From Heteronotia binoei (lineage: Eukaryota), in assembly GCF_032191835.1 (NCBI RefSeq), contig NC_083227.1, positions 68,138,001 through 68,202,000 on the forward strand: DNA of 64,000 bases, written 5' to 3'. The notes under the pieces are model-generated. The model saw nothing but the letters and a program-made list of their open reading frames with translations. It had not been told where the DNA came from and made no database searches. Position numbers and translations under genes: made by a program. This document shows, piece after piece, positions 24,100 through 37,059 of this stretch. Positions within the stretch are counted from its first letter, which is position 1, and the number at the start of each line of letters is the position of its first letter.

Positions 24100-25400
24100 A
24101 AAAGGGACTGGAAGACCGGGTTGCGGAGGGAAATAGCGGCCTTTCCCCACTCTCCCCATTCCTACAGCACCGCCAGGCCGCCCCATTAAACCACCTCACT
24201 CCGGCTTTCCTTTGTTAGCAGCCCGTACAGATGGTGCCCTGCTTGGGTCTCTGGTGTATTGAAGGGCGGGGGGGGGGGGAGAACGGAGAGCAGCCAATCG
24301 CGAGGCAGACCGTCAGCTGACCCGCTTTGCTTACACCAGGTGCACGCCGGCTGCAGGCTTTGCAAAGCGGAGCTTAGGAGAAGGCAGAATGTAGCGGCGG
24401 CGGGAGAAGGAGGAAGAAGAGAACCGGAGGGACCAATTACCCAAGAGTGGAAATTAAAGCCGCCATCGCTCGGCCGTGGAAGGTGAGGGGGTGTGTGCTT
24501 CGGCGATCCTCTCGGTTTCTTCCGTCGCAGTGTTGCAGCCTTACAAAAGTCAAACTGGTGGAGTCTGAATCTTGATTCGCCCCCCCCCCCCTTTTTTTTA
24601 ACTGTTTAAGTCCTCCCCATCAGGGATTGTTGTGACTCTTGGGATAGGGCCGGCGGATGAACGAGCCCCTCCTGTCTTCTGCATGGGGGCAAAGAGAGTC
24701 TTTTCCTTCCTGGTCCCCCCCACTGGATAAGTGCTTTCTTCTTCTGTTTGGGCCGCAGGGAGGCGGGTTACCTGGAGAAAGAAGAAGAAGCCGCCAAGTT
24801 GCTATGGAGTAAGGCAGCGGAGGGGGTTGCCCGAGGTGTGGCGAAAGACTTTTAAAAAAGAAGCAACAGCAGCTCGCGGCCCGGTGTTTATGAAAGGTGA
24901 TGGGAACAAGTAAGTGATTCCCTGGAGGGATCACAAGGAGGGATGTCACCTAGCAGTGCTGCTTGCTTTTTTTGTTGTTTGGAGAGGTTAGAGAGGGGGA
25001 ATTGCGTCGAGGGCGCAAGCGTTGCCCCAGTGTACGGGAAGCCTGCCCTATCGCGCCCTTTTTCTCCCTCCGAAGGCAACAAAGAACCAGCTGCCCCCTT
25101 GTTCTTCCTTGCGCGACGATGGAGGGGGGGGGGGGTCGTAAGTGACGAGGGACGGTAGAAAGAAAGGTCGCGGCATTGCCTAATCGCGCCGCTCAGGGAA
25201 AGGAGGAGGAGTCGGACAGTAGCGGCGCGGTCTTCCCAAGAGGTGTGGTGGTTTCAAAGGGTCCATCTGCTTGCAAGACCAAAGGGAGACGGCGGCCGCC
25301 GCCAGCCCTCATTTATCCCAAGCCAGGCAAAGTCGGGAAAGTTTGCCATCCTGTGTCCTTTGTGCTTTGGAGCGTGCGGGGGATAAGGGGTGGTGGCTGC
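24100..25400 (+). promoter_or_regulatory. LRRN1: CpG island / LRRN1 promoter
   Basis: The only extended CpG-dense non-repeat stretch in the window; GC box 24264-24270 and CCAAT box (AGCCAATC) 24294-24298, followed by a splice donor. Confidence 0.85.
24300..24482 (+). other. LRRN1: Non-coding first exon of LRRN1 (TSS approximate)
   Basis: Donor GAAG|GTGAGG at 24482/24483 downstream of the CCAAT/GC boxes; fits the known LRRN1 layout of an untranslated exon plus one coding exon. Confidence 0.65.
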
Positions 25401-28285
25401 AGCCAGAAGTCCTTTTCTCTCGGTTTGCTGCTTCCCTGTTTCAGCTGAGGTTAGAAATCCCTTTTTGTCTTTCTGCAGAGGCTTGAAGCACTCCAGTTAG
25501 AGGCGTGAATGCTATTTTGGTTGCATTGTTCAACCCTGGGATATTGCTAATTTCTGTAAAGAAAGTTCAGTCCAATATGTGATTATTGTTGGCGATGCTG
25601 ACTTCCGGGATGCATTAATGTGACCCTCTAGCGAAGCGGAGTAGTTTCTTTCTTTTACAAATAGTATGCACAGTAGGGAGGGGGATGATTTCCAGAATAT
25701 CATAGGATGCAGATAATTTTTTTATTATTTTCACCCTATACTTGTTTAAGACATGTGGCCCACAGAAGCTTTACCTTTAAGATGACATGAGATTCTTTGT
25801 CATGTTGGCGGCTACTTCGGGTTTTTGTTTTGTTTTTTAAATTCTCCTAAATGCTTCCCTGCGTATTTGAACAGCTACCGAATTATGCTTCAGGAAAAGT
25901 AGAGCTGAAGTTTTGCTTCCCCTTTTTGGATGTATGGCAAGGAGACTGGTGCTGTTTGTCCAGCAAAGGGGCATGTGTGTCCCCCCAAATCTCTGATTTG
26001 CATGCAAATGGGAGCGCACCCTGGCAGATGTCTTGCCTCATCCATTCACATGAAGGAATTTGAAAAGACAAGGAGTCTTCAGTTTAACAATAGACCCTAA
26101 GAAAATGGCATAAAGGCTCAGTGTGAGTGGCTTTTTTGTTTCCCTTTTCGGACTGGAAATTATACGCCTTTGCTGTCTTTCACCTTTATGCAACAGCCAA
26201 AGTCTTTGAACAAAAATCCTAAAGTGGTACATTTGCTTCCCGAATGCCCCCAATGACTACTTTCTCAAATGAGGTACAAAGATAAGAGCACTGTTTAATT
26301 TTTCAGGTTTTGTGATACAATTTTTTTTAGTGCTGGTATTTAAAACTGTACTCTCTCACTCCCCTCCCCTCCCCCCATTTCAGTCCATGATGCCAGACAC
26401 CAAATCAAAGAATCAGTAAGCTTGGTCAGTTTTAAATCACCTAAGACTCCAAATGTGCTGGTTTTTAAATTTTTCCAGCTGTATTAACTTGTAAAGATCT
26501 TTATGTGTTAACTTATTGCCCCCCCCCCCCGCCCCAGGATGTGCACAATCTGATATGGTTTCATGTAAAACACTAGAAATGTAAAAAGCGGCCTTCAGAG
26601 CATCCCCTTTTGGGTATTAGGCTGACAGCAGCCTGTGCATTTCACCTCCCAGCATTGTGAATCCCCCTCGGACAAAAGCATGCAGCATGGACTTGTACAT
26701 GAGCATGGATGAATGTACCTTCTTGCATGCCAGGCACCAGTTGCCTCTTCTTTTGTTGAGTTCCATGGCCAAAAGTAAAAGACCCCATTCACCAAAATGA
26801 AAAGGAGGGGAGGGAAGATTCAATAAAGAGCTAGAGGGAAAAAAGACATTGTGTTAGGAGCAGCATTGTTCTGAGGAGGAATATATGACAGATGTTCATT
26901 TGCTATTTTACATGTTTTCCCAAGTTACTTAGTGCTGGTTTGTTGCATGCTTCTCAGTAGCAGAGTAGAAATTGGGACTGATGAAAAGTTTAGAGTCCAC
27001 AGGAAGAAGAAAGGTGCATCACAATGTAATGTTAATAACACACACACACCCAATTTCAGTGTGCACACTAGTTGCTCCAGGATGAGTTGTAGAAGGCTGA
27101 ATATTCTTTTATTCTTTATGGGAGAGATTCCATGTGAATTTGCTTAGCTACATGCTGTTAAATGAAGCCTTTAAATTTTAAAACAAAACTATTTAAAGTA
27201 AGGTTTCCTTCCTATCTCATGACGTTAGGTATCACTTGTGTTTCTCTAGCATTACAGTTAAATGGGATTTCAGGTTTTTCACTTTGTTGAACGGCATGAA
27301 ATCTCTCTATTGAGACTGTTGAAATTGGGGAGGACTGTATTTGGAAAGATGCAAACTTGCAGAAAAGGAAGTCGCTCACGTTGATCAGCCAGATGGTCCT
27401 TTGTATCAGCCTTGGCACTAACTCCAGAAAAGTTACTAGTGTGCAAAATGTACTGTGCTTCTTGTCCACATATATCTGTCAGTGCAATCTAAAATGCAGC
27501 ACAATATGTCTAAACCTATGCTCTGAGACATCTGGAATTCTTCTTAGGACTGTACCATTTGTGGCATTGAACGAAACAGAACTACTTGGTAAAGCTCAAG
27601 TGTCTCGCTGTGTGGAGGAAACTTTTTTTATGGCTACCTGTGGCTATTTGCTAATATATTTTTTTTTTAAGTTTGTCCCTTATTTTAGCACATAACCGTT
27701 CAGTTTCATGATGGCCTGAAAATTTATATTAACTGTGGTCATGATGGAACATGGTTATCCTATTGTGCATACGTATATTCCCTTTTACATCACGATGAAG
27801 TCAATTGCCTATGAAATAGGAAGTAGAGACCTGGATTAGGATCCTAGACTGCCAGATGACTCTTTTTTTTATAAAGGAGAGTGGGAAAGGTTTTGTTGCA
27901 GACTAAATCTCCAGTGCATTTGGAAATAATTTGCCCATCCTCACCTAAGATAATAAAAATGGCATTAGTTAAAGCAGCTCAAGCCAATACATCTCCTTTC
28001 TGTAATGCAACAGATGCACAATCCCCCTCAGATGCTGCACTAGTGTTCAGCTCAGTGTACTTTTTTTCTAGTTCATGTTGATCTCCCAAAAATCAACTAT
28101 GCATTTTATGTTAACTACTGTTAGATAGGGCATGTGGAGCAAGTGTTTGAGTTGGGAAAACTTTATCAGATGAAATGGACAGATATTGGATTCTCTGCTC
28201 TATGAACAGCTATATTCCTTCCTCAGTTAACACAGCCTAATTGCACAGTTTGCCATAACCCCATTAAAATATATAGTTCCAGGGG

Positions 28286-28485
28286 TAGGGTTGCCAGCTT
28301 CTTGGTGGGACCTGGAGGTCTCCCACTTTTACAACTGATCTCTGGCTGGAGAGAATGGCTGCTTTGCAGGGTGAACTCTATGGCATTGTATCATGCTGAA
28401 GCCTCTCCCCACTCCAGACCCCACCCTCTCCTGGATCCACCCCCAAAATTGCTGGGTATTTTCCAACACAGACCTGGTAACCCTG
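28286..28485. mobile_element. TAGGGTTGCCA-family MITE
   Basis: TAGGGTTGCCAG / CTGGTAACCCTG; perfect TSD TCCAGGGG. Confidence 0.9.
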
Positions 28486-28834
28486 TCCAGGGGTGATTTT
28501 AAAAAAATCAGATTCCTAGGCAGTAGTCCTGCTCTCAACTGAATCTTTCGACTGCCTTATAGACAAGCATCAGATTTCTATGCAGAGAGGTGCCAGGGAT
28601 TTGCCCAATACTGTATACATCAGCTGGTGTACCATAAATATCCTCTGGTCTTAATGTATAGAGTTAGCTCTTCAGCAGAGTAGCAGTTAATGTAAAAATT
28701 AAGGTAATAATCTCATCAAAAAGCTTGTTCTCAATATGAAAACAGAGGCACTGATATTTACACACAAAGGAAATTTTAGTAACAGGATGTTTTACTTTAG
28801 AAGTACTGATCTGGAAGTTGTTGTTCAGGTATCA

Positions 28835-29035
28835 TGGAGCTGAGTGCTAGATCAGCTGCTTGGCATGCAGAATGTCCCAGGTTCAATCCAAAGTAGCTCC
28901 AGTTTTTTAAAAAAGGTCAGATAGGAGGTGATGTGAAAGACCTCTGCCTGAAACCTTGTAGAGCCACTACTAGTCTGAGTAGGGAATACTGACCTTGAGA
29001 GATTGATGGTCTGATTTAGTAGAAGGCAGCTGTAT
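28835..29035 (+). mobile_element. tRNA-derived SINE with a CR1-like tail
   Basis: B-box-like GTCCCAGGTTCAATCC; body homologous to 47605-47799 and 54704-54878. Confidence 0.7.
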
Positions 29036-31774
29036 GAGAGATAGGGAGGCGTGCAGACATTATACTGAGTTTCACTGTCCAGGTTATAACTGTAGTCAGA
29101 ATCACTATTTCAGCTGCTGTTTTTGGTTGTGCTTGAAATGAATACATCTAATGGTCCAAATTATGGAATTCAGTTTTATGAAAGCAATGTATGTTTGTGC
29201 ATTCTAATTTTCTTTATACAGAGAGATACTTTAAAGACTCTAAGCTGTTTTTTCCAGTGTTTTTTAAAAAAGTGTTAACAGAAGTTGTCCAAGCTTCAAG
29301 GAAAGCATTAATACTCACTGAAAGATCAGCAATTACATACAAATGAAGTGCAACATTACATGCAAATAAAGCTTGTGTTACAGCTAAACGTTACAGCTTG
29401 TTACAGCTACTTTTGCTGGAATGTTTTAATTGGGAGTAAAAGCTTACATTCAGTCTAATTTTAACATGATTACAGATAGGCTGGGTTCTCATGAGAAATA
29501 AGCAGTTCTAATTCATCCAGTATATAGACAAGGCATTTTTAGTCTCACTTTTTCATTAGATGTTTTTTAACAAGTGTTACATGTCCCAGCACTGTTGAAA
29601 ATCTGGGCTTAATTTTCTACAGTTAGTTCAAAGCTAAACTCCAGATACTGAGAAGTTTCAAGAATGTGTATAAAACTCCTCTGGAGAACATTGGCAAACA
29701 AGAAGTGCTCCCTTGCCATATGCTTAAAATGCAGTTAAGTTTATAATATATCCTTTGGTTATAGAGTTGGCAGGCTGTGCATTGTGCAGGAGGTTTGGAG
29801 GGGTGGGGGGGGCAGGGACTGTGATGTCCTGTGTGCCACTATGTAATTTCTGGAGAAAGCCCAGAAGTGCTATAGGGTGGCTCTAAAGATTTCTAGAATC
29901 TTAAGTATAGTAAAACCATAGAGATTCTGGCAATTCCTAGAGCCCCCTTATGACATTTCCAGGGTTTGGGGTTTTTTTTGCCAGAAGTGATGTAGTGATG
30001 CACATGATGCTGACTTTTCCCTTAATTTATCTCCTGCTGCCTTTTGAAGTGGCTGCGGACAAGGATGGCTGCTGGTGAGAGAATGTGGTTAGAATGTCAG
30101 CATTCTTATTACATGGATGTGGAACCTGTGTGACCTTTACAAAAGGACTTTGGGAAATTTAAGAGAGCATATATGTACGTATGTGTAAAGGAAAAGAACC
30201 TTTTCACATTCATCCTGGCAAATGGAAAGAAGCAAGTGTAATAAAAAGACTGTCAGGATGAAATGTATCTTTCCCATTGTTACCTTCATCTTAGTGCATT
30301 ACATTTTTATACCCCCCTCCCCAAAATTTATGACATGAAAATGAGTTTTAATTTTTTAGACCCAAGCTATCCTGGTTCACAAATGATAGTCTTTTTGGCA
30401 AACATGTGGTCCCCACAGCTGTCCTCTCATTTGTGTATAAAATAGAAACACTGGTGTCATTTGTAGGTTACCATAGTTACATGAACAATACACGTGTGAT
30501 ACTTCATCCTTTCAAGCTAAAAGGAGTTTTCAGTTCTGTGCTTAGAAAATGTCTGCCAGAGGGGGAAGCCTATGTGAAGGGTGGGCTGTTGTTGTTTTTA
30601 AGAGGGGAGGCATATAAACTTCTTAGTCCAATTCCATGATGTTCAACAAAAGCTAATCACAAACCTTCAGCTAATTAAACTCTTCATGTGGCAGTCTGCT
30701 GCACTCATGCAGCTTTCAGATGTTTTCACAGGCTTGCAGATTTGGTCACTGGATAATACAGATACCTTATACAGTGAGTTTACCTCAGATACAATGGACT
30801 GTATGCCAAATATTAGGGGTTGTTCTGCTCTTTGAGAGAAGGTTTAGTTCAAGGAACTTAGTTTTGAATTTGGCTCTACATTTTAAATCTCAGTTTGACA
30901 AAGGCCTTGGCATGTGGGTGTTGGCAAGGCACTGCCCATCACCCTCATTGCACATTGTAAGCAGTAATTTTTCTACTTTTTAGTGGGTTGTGTAGAGAAT
31001 TTCCATAAAAACTGTAATGTACTTTGCACACTAAATTGCTAGATAAATAATAGCTAATAAATATTATAGCTGTGGGCCATTGCTCTCTGTTTTGAAGTGA
31101 ACTTAAAGTTATGAAGAGAAACTAACTGAAGGAACTAATTGACCTCAAAGTAGCTGTCTTATTGCAAAGGAACTTCAGGAACAGAAAAGAGAAATTGCTG
31201 AAGTTATTACAACACTCAGAACAATAACCCCCCCACCAGGATTTAACAAGGATATTGGTTTCTTATCTCACAACACATGCTAAGCTCATTCAGTTCTTAC
31301 ATCTATATTATCACCAAGAAGGGCTATATGTCCTCTCTATTTTACTGTATTTCATATTTGGAATAGCAGTTTGGAAGACTGATTGTAATGCAAGTGATTA
31401 GTAGAATGAAATGTAATTTTGGAGCAGTAGATAACTTTTTGGAATGGTATTTCTTTGGTCTGGTGACAGAGGAGACATGACTTCATAACCAGTCAACCCA
31501 CCTTTAAAAAAGGATGCTGTTAGCTATCTCCATGCTTGAGAAAAGACAAATGGAACGTAGCAATAAGGTCTCAGTTAATTGCTCTCAGCATCCCCCAATT
31601 AAGAAGGGTACATTTACAGATCAATCTCCAATATTTGCTTCACTGTCCCCCCCTCCTCAGAATTAAATCCAAACGGTGATCATATAAACTTAGCTTGCTA
31701 CTCTGTTTGGACCTTGCATCTGTTAAACATCTTCATTAAGTTGTATTCTAATTTGCTGCTTATCCTCTACCTAT

Positions 31775-31950
31775 CAGTCATAACTCTGTCAGAAGCCCTT
31801 CTCTCAAGAGCTCTGTTCTGTCAGAGCTCTCTCAGCCACACCTACCTCACAGGGTGTCTGTTGTGGAGAGGAGAAGGGAAAGGAGATTGTAAGCCACTTT
31901 GAGACTCCTTCGGGTAGTGAAGGGTAGGATATAAATCCAATCTGTTCTTC
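31775..31950 (+). mobile_element. 5'-truncated CORE SINE (Squam3-like)
   Basis: CCTACCTCACAGGGTGTCTGTTGTGG...GTAAGCCACTTTGAGACTCC...GGATATAAATCCAATC. Confidence 0.8.
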
Positions 31951-32284
31951 TATATGAATGGACTGGTAACTTTAATTTCAATATATCTGAAGTGTGCACA
32001 CACACAAAAGCTCATACCTTGAATAAAACTTCCTTGGCCTTAAAGGTGCCACTGGACTTTGAATCTTGTTCTGAAGGAAGTTTTGTGAAGCTTCACTTCA
32101 TAAATGAAGGTTTGTGTAGATAGTCTATTCTGCATGGGGTCAAACTCCCTGTAAAGAAACATAGTCACAGTTTTAAGACTACTTCTAGCTTTTGATCTAT
32201 AGAAAGCACCACAGGTCTCTTGTGACAACGCAGTGCCTTTGCTCAGTTGAGGCTGGTTTGCCACCTCTGGGCCTTTCCTCAGTA

Positions 32285-32535
32285 AGCAGGATTTGGGCAC
32301 AGTTATCCATGCGATGATTGCGTGCAGACTGACTTGTTGTAGTGCCTCTTTTGAGGGATATCCTTTGAAAAGAGTTGGGAAGCTACAGTTGATACAAAAT
32401 GCAGCAGTCAGGGTGTTATCTGGATCTAATTACAGAGGCTACCTCATGCAGTTTTTTCAAAGGCCTTTATGGTTACCCATTTACTTCCTGGCCCAATTCA
32501 AGTTGCTGGTTATTATCATTAGAACCCTGATTAGG
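32285..32535 (+). mobile_element. Decayed L2 ORF2 fragment
   Basis: TVIHAMIACRL...KLQLIQNAAVRVL...LWLPI..AQFKLLV. Confidence 0.75.
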
Positions 32536-32922
32536 AGTCTTGTTCATATTCTACGGTGAATGCACATTCAACCAGCATGTGTGTGCATACACCTGTTTGT
32601 AAGGAGGAGCCAGTGCACATTAACTTCACCTAAGAAATGTGCCTGGATAAATGTGGGATTTTAATTCACACATCCAGTTGTGTGTGCATGGAATGGAATG
32701 TGAGGATTATTCAATGCACATAAAGAAAAACCAGTGTACACTGTACACAGATTGTGCAAGCATTCACTGTAACTTGTAAATGGGGTCACAGTGCAGCAGG
32801 ATACTTAAAGGATCACTTTCTACCATACACTTCAACCTAACAAGACAGGCCCTTCACTGTGTGAAGGTAAGACTACTTCGGTAAGTAGTCACATGGGAGA
32901 AGGTGTTTTCTTTTGTGCCATC

Positions 32923-34234
32923 TGTAGTTGTCAATCTCTAGGTGGGGCCTGGAGATCTTTCATTATTACAGTTATAGTTATTATTATTATTAGTTTATTT
33001 ATATTCCGCTCATTCCCCTGTAGGGGCTCAGGGCAGAGCACAACATAATAATAAAATTACAATAAAATCATATATTAATAAAAGTCAATTTCAGTATTCA
33101 ATAGAACAAATTGCCCTACAGAATAATATGAGATGGTGCAGCAGGACAGTACAGCAAATCAGCACAGCAAGATAGTACAGTAGGGGAGGCCAACCGATCT
33201 AATGGGTAGATGCTCACCGCCTCACCCGAAGACCTGGCAGAACAGCTCCATTTTACAGGCCCTGCGAAAGTCTAGCAAGCCAGGTAGGGCCTGGATCTCT
33301 ATAGGGAGCTGATTCCACCAGGTTGGGGCCAGGACCGAGAAGGACCTGGCCCTGGTAGAGACAAGATGGGCATCTCTTGGGCTTGGGACAGTCAGCCTAT
33401 CTTGGGAGGCCGAGTGAAGCGGCCTCCGGGGCATATACGGGAAGAGACGGTCCCACAGGTATGCTGGTTCCAGGCCTCGTAAGGCTTTGAAAGTCAGAGC
33501 TAACACCTTGAAGCAGATCCGGTACTCTGTGGGCAGCCAGTGCAAGCCATGGAGCACTGGCTGCATGCTCACCTGTATAGGTGATGCAGTCAGCAGGCAA
33601 GCTGCCGTGTTCTGCACCCACTGCAGTTTCCGGATCAGTTTCAAGGACAAGCCAGTGTAGAGCGAGTTACAGTAATCTAGTCTGGAAGTGACCATTGCAT
33701 GGGTCACTGTGGCCAGATCTTGGGGGGATATATATGATGCTAGTTGTCTGATCTGCCATAGATGGTAGAAGGCAGGCCTGGCAGCCGCCATGACCTGGGC
33801 CTCCATAGAGAGTGAGGCATCCAGGATCACTCCCAACTCTTCACCTGGTCAGCACTAAAACCATGCCATCCAAGGGTTGTAGCTGGTTACACAACCTCCC
33901 CCCCTCCCCTCATCTCAGGCACAAGGCCTCCTTCTTAGCTGGATTTAACTTCTGTCGGCTCTGCTGTAGCCATCCCGCTACGGCTCCTAATGCTTCAGAC
34001 AGGTGTTCAGGAGCAGAGGACTGTCTGCTATCCATCAGCAGATAGTGGTCCAGTATTGGACCATGTGACGACCAAGGGGCTCCAGATGACAGAGATTAGT
34101 TCCCCTGGAGAAAATGGCTACTTTGGAGGGTGGCTTCTATTGTACCCTACTGAGGTCCCTCCCCAAACCCTGCCCTCTCTAGGCTCCACTCCCAAAACCT
34201 CCAGAAATTTCCCCACCTAGAGCTGGCAACCCTA
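32923..34234. mobile_element. TAGGGTTGCCA-family MITE split by an L2 insertion
   Basis: Left part 32923-32970, right part 34079-34234 (..CTGGCAACCCTA); TSD GTGCCATC / CTGCCATC. Confidence 0.8.
32971..34078 (-). mobile_element. L2 LINE 3' ~1.1 kb
   Basis: ORF 33222-33836: LGVILD..SRLDYCNSLY..LQWVQNTAA..LHWLP..FKVL..RSFSVLAPTWWNQLP; AT-rich tail at 32971-33002. Confidence 0.92.
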
Positions 34235-37059
34235 CTGCCATCCTATCTATGGCACTCCCTTCCTGTGAACGTTGTCATGGTCGATAGTTAGGTGTTTCTT
34301 AGATGCCATATGAAAATGTTCCTTTTTGCCCAGGATAGAGGGATGGAGAAAGTGAGAGAATATATGTGTGTATTTCTACTCTTATGATGTTAAATAATGG
34401 CTCTAATGTGACTGCTAGATCTGACTGGTTCTGATTTTTCATTGATTTTTATCTGATTTTATGATAAGATGCTCTTGCATTTTTAATGAGTTTTATTGTA
34501 TTTTATAAATTGATTAAAGTTGTGCCACTGACTTGTATAGATTTAGAGTTGTGAGGTTTGTTTATGAAATGATTAACAAATGTGCTAGTAAGAAAAAGTA
34601 AAGACAAGAGTTCTCTGTAACTAGTGGGGGAAGAAACTTTTAATTGCTTCTCTTCCTGCAATTAAGCTTACTAAAAAAATAGAAATTGAGTGATTTGGTT
34701 AAAAAGTCACTCAACCATGCTATGAAATGCTGTCATTATATCACAATGCTAATAAGTATGCCTGTTCTTCAGGAAGAATTAGTTGCTTGAGATGGTGAGA
34801 GGCTATTAAGACAATCAAAAGAATTAACTTTGACTTCTTTAAAAATGTGAAATCATTCTGTGGATGTCTGTTCTTCATGCTATTAAGTCCTGTGTTCTCT
34901 TTGACACAGCTGAATGAACGTTATAATAATTTAAGATGAATTAATAGGGATGGAAGATGGAAAAATCATGTTAACAAAGGAGTCTAAGATTCTGAACATG
35001 AAACTGATATGGCATGTTGAAACAGTTAAACTGGACTACCATCTGACCATAGCTACACCAAGTGGCATTGGAGGGGGAGGACAGAACATTAACAGTACCA
35101 GTTTAAGTAGAGTTTTGTCTTCTGAAGCAGACTTCAGAGGCCGATCTGTTCATTTAAGTCAAAGGGCATGGAGGGATATAACTCTGGAAAAGATGGTGCT
35201 GTAAAACATGGGCCTGTCAACATATTCAGACTGCCTGGTCCATCTTCTTTTCTCTGGCTCTTTCTAGACTGAGTGAAATGTTACAAGATAAGGCAATAAG
35301 ATCTAGATTAGACAATATCTAAACGGAATAGGACAAACTGAAACGACAGTTCTGTCAGTAACTATTAGCCATTATAGCTAAATTCACTCATAAGGTCCAA
35401 AGTACAACCGTCACCATTTCCTCTTTGTAACATTGGGATATGGAAGGATTTCTAGCTGAGGTATTAGTGAAGGTATTAGACAACATTGAGTTTAATGGAC
35501 CAGTGTAAGGCAGCTTCATTTGTTCATTCTCTGTTCAAAAGGCAGTGTAAATTCTTTTGAGTATCCAACATGGAGGAGAAACAACCTGAGGGGCACCTTT
35601 TCTTCTTCACATCCTATCTGGAAGCTTCGAAACACTGCTGGTCCTTGTCTGATCCAGAATGACATTTTTTGTTTTCATTATCTTTGCAGAGGATTCAGCC
35701 TTGTCAGGGGTTTAGATTAGATATACTTCAAGTCCCTTCCAGCATGAGAACTTTTAAGATTCTGCAGCGATGAAAAGCATGAGCTAACAGCTGAACAACG
35801 TTTTTTTCAAACTCTGCTTAAACTTCAAATAACCCAAATTTTCTCTTCTCAGACATTGAAAGTTGTTGCATAGTATGTTAGGTTTATTTGCAAAGGGTTT
35901 TCTATAATGTGTGTCTGGTTTCTAAATTTTAGAAATAGGGAACCAATTTGAGTGTTAAATGTATTTAGGATGGTACTGTAGCACACCTATAGTGGATTGC
36001 CATGGTAATTAAATATGTTGGAGTTCTAATGTAACTCCAGTTTATGTATGGAAAGTCTTTGGTATTTTTATATGTATGAACATTGTCTAGAGTGGCTTGA
36101 TTAATAATCTGCCATGGAAACAGTAGAGATGATCTTTGAAGATTTAGTTCCAGGAATGGTTGGAAGGCATATAACACAGCAGGTGTCTAGTCTAGTCAGT
36201 ACTGGAATGGGAAACCTTTAGTGAATTCAGTGTACACGTGCCTTAAGTTTCATAATGAAAAGATGTATAAATGTACTAAGAACTAAACAAAGGTTTCTTT
36301 TTACTGACATCCAAGATGGTTTATTCACCCAGTACAACTTTGTACCCGTTTCCAAAAAGAAGTCTGTAAAAAGAAAAGTCATGTTAACTAATGTTAATGA
36401 CTTTAGGATACTGTATTCTCAAAGGTTTTAAAATATTTCCATGTTATTATAGTTCTAAGGAAGTATATACAAATACAACATTTGGTGTATATTTTGTTTG
36501 GGTTGAGATCTTTAGCTTGCTTTTGGATGTTGGTTGTAATGTTTCTTTTTCATATAAGATGAGCTCATCCTTGCGGGAAATATGTACTGGAATAACAAGC
36601 AACGTTGATTTCCAGTAGGAATATTTTGGCGCAATCCCTTGCAGAGCTATCTCCAGTCTGAGCCCAATGTAATCAGTGGCTTTAAACAGGAATAATTCCG
36701 TACAGGATTGCATTGCAGCACAACTACAGTGGATTGACACAGTGCACGCATAAAGCACAAATGAGATAAGCTATAATTTTATTGTTGTTCTAGAATGTAA
36801 TATGAGAGTATGAGTCTGACTTCTTCATTTAGAGCTGACAGGTTCCTGGTGTCCTGATCCTTAAGGTGATTAGTATAAGACGTCATGATGTTGCATTGAA
36901 TAGCAGTACTTATGGTATACTAGGAATTGTAACTTGTAGTATCTCATAGGATTGCCAACCTCCAGGTGGTACCTGGAGATCTGGGATTACATGTGATCTC
37001 CAGAAGCAGAGATCAGTACACCTGGAGAAAATGGCTGCTTTGGAAGGTGTACTCTATGG

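Noticed and set aside
24160-25225. REST/RE1 site in the neural promoter
   Set aside because: Only separated half-site-like strings (CAGCACC ~24165; GGACAG ~25214); no canonical 21-mer.
24259-25486. Short ORFs across the CpG island as coding exons
   Set aside because: Expected in GC-rich DNA, no recognisable domain, and the LRRN1 CDS is complete in the downstream exon.
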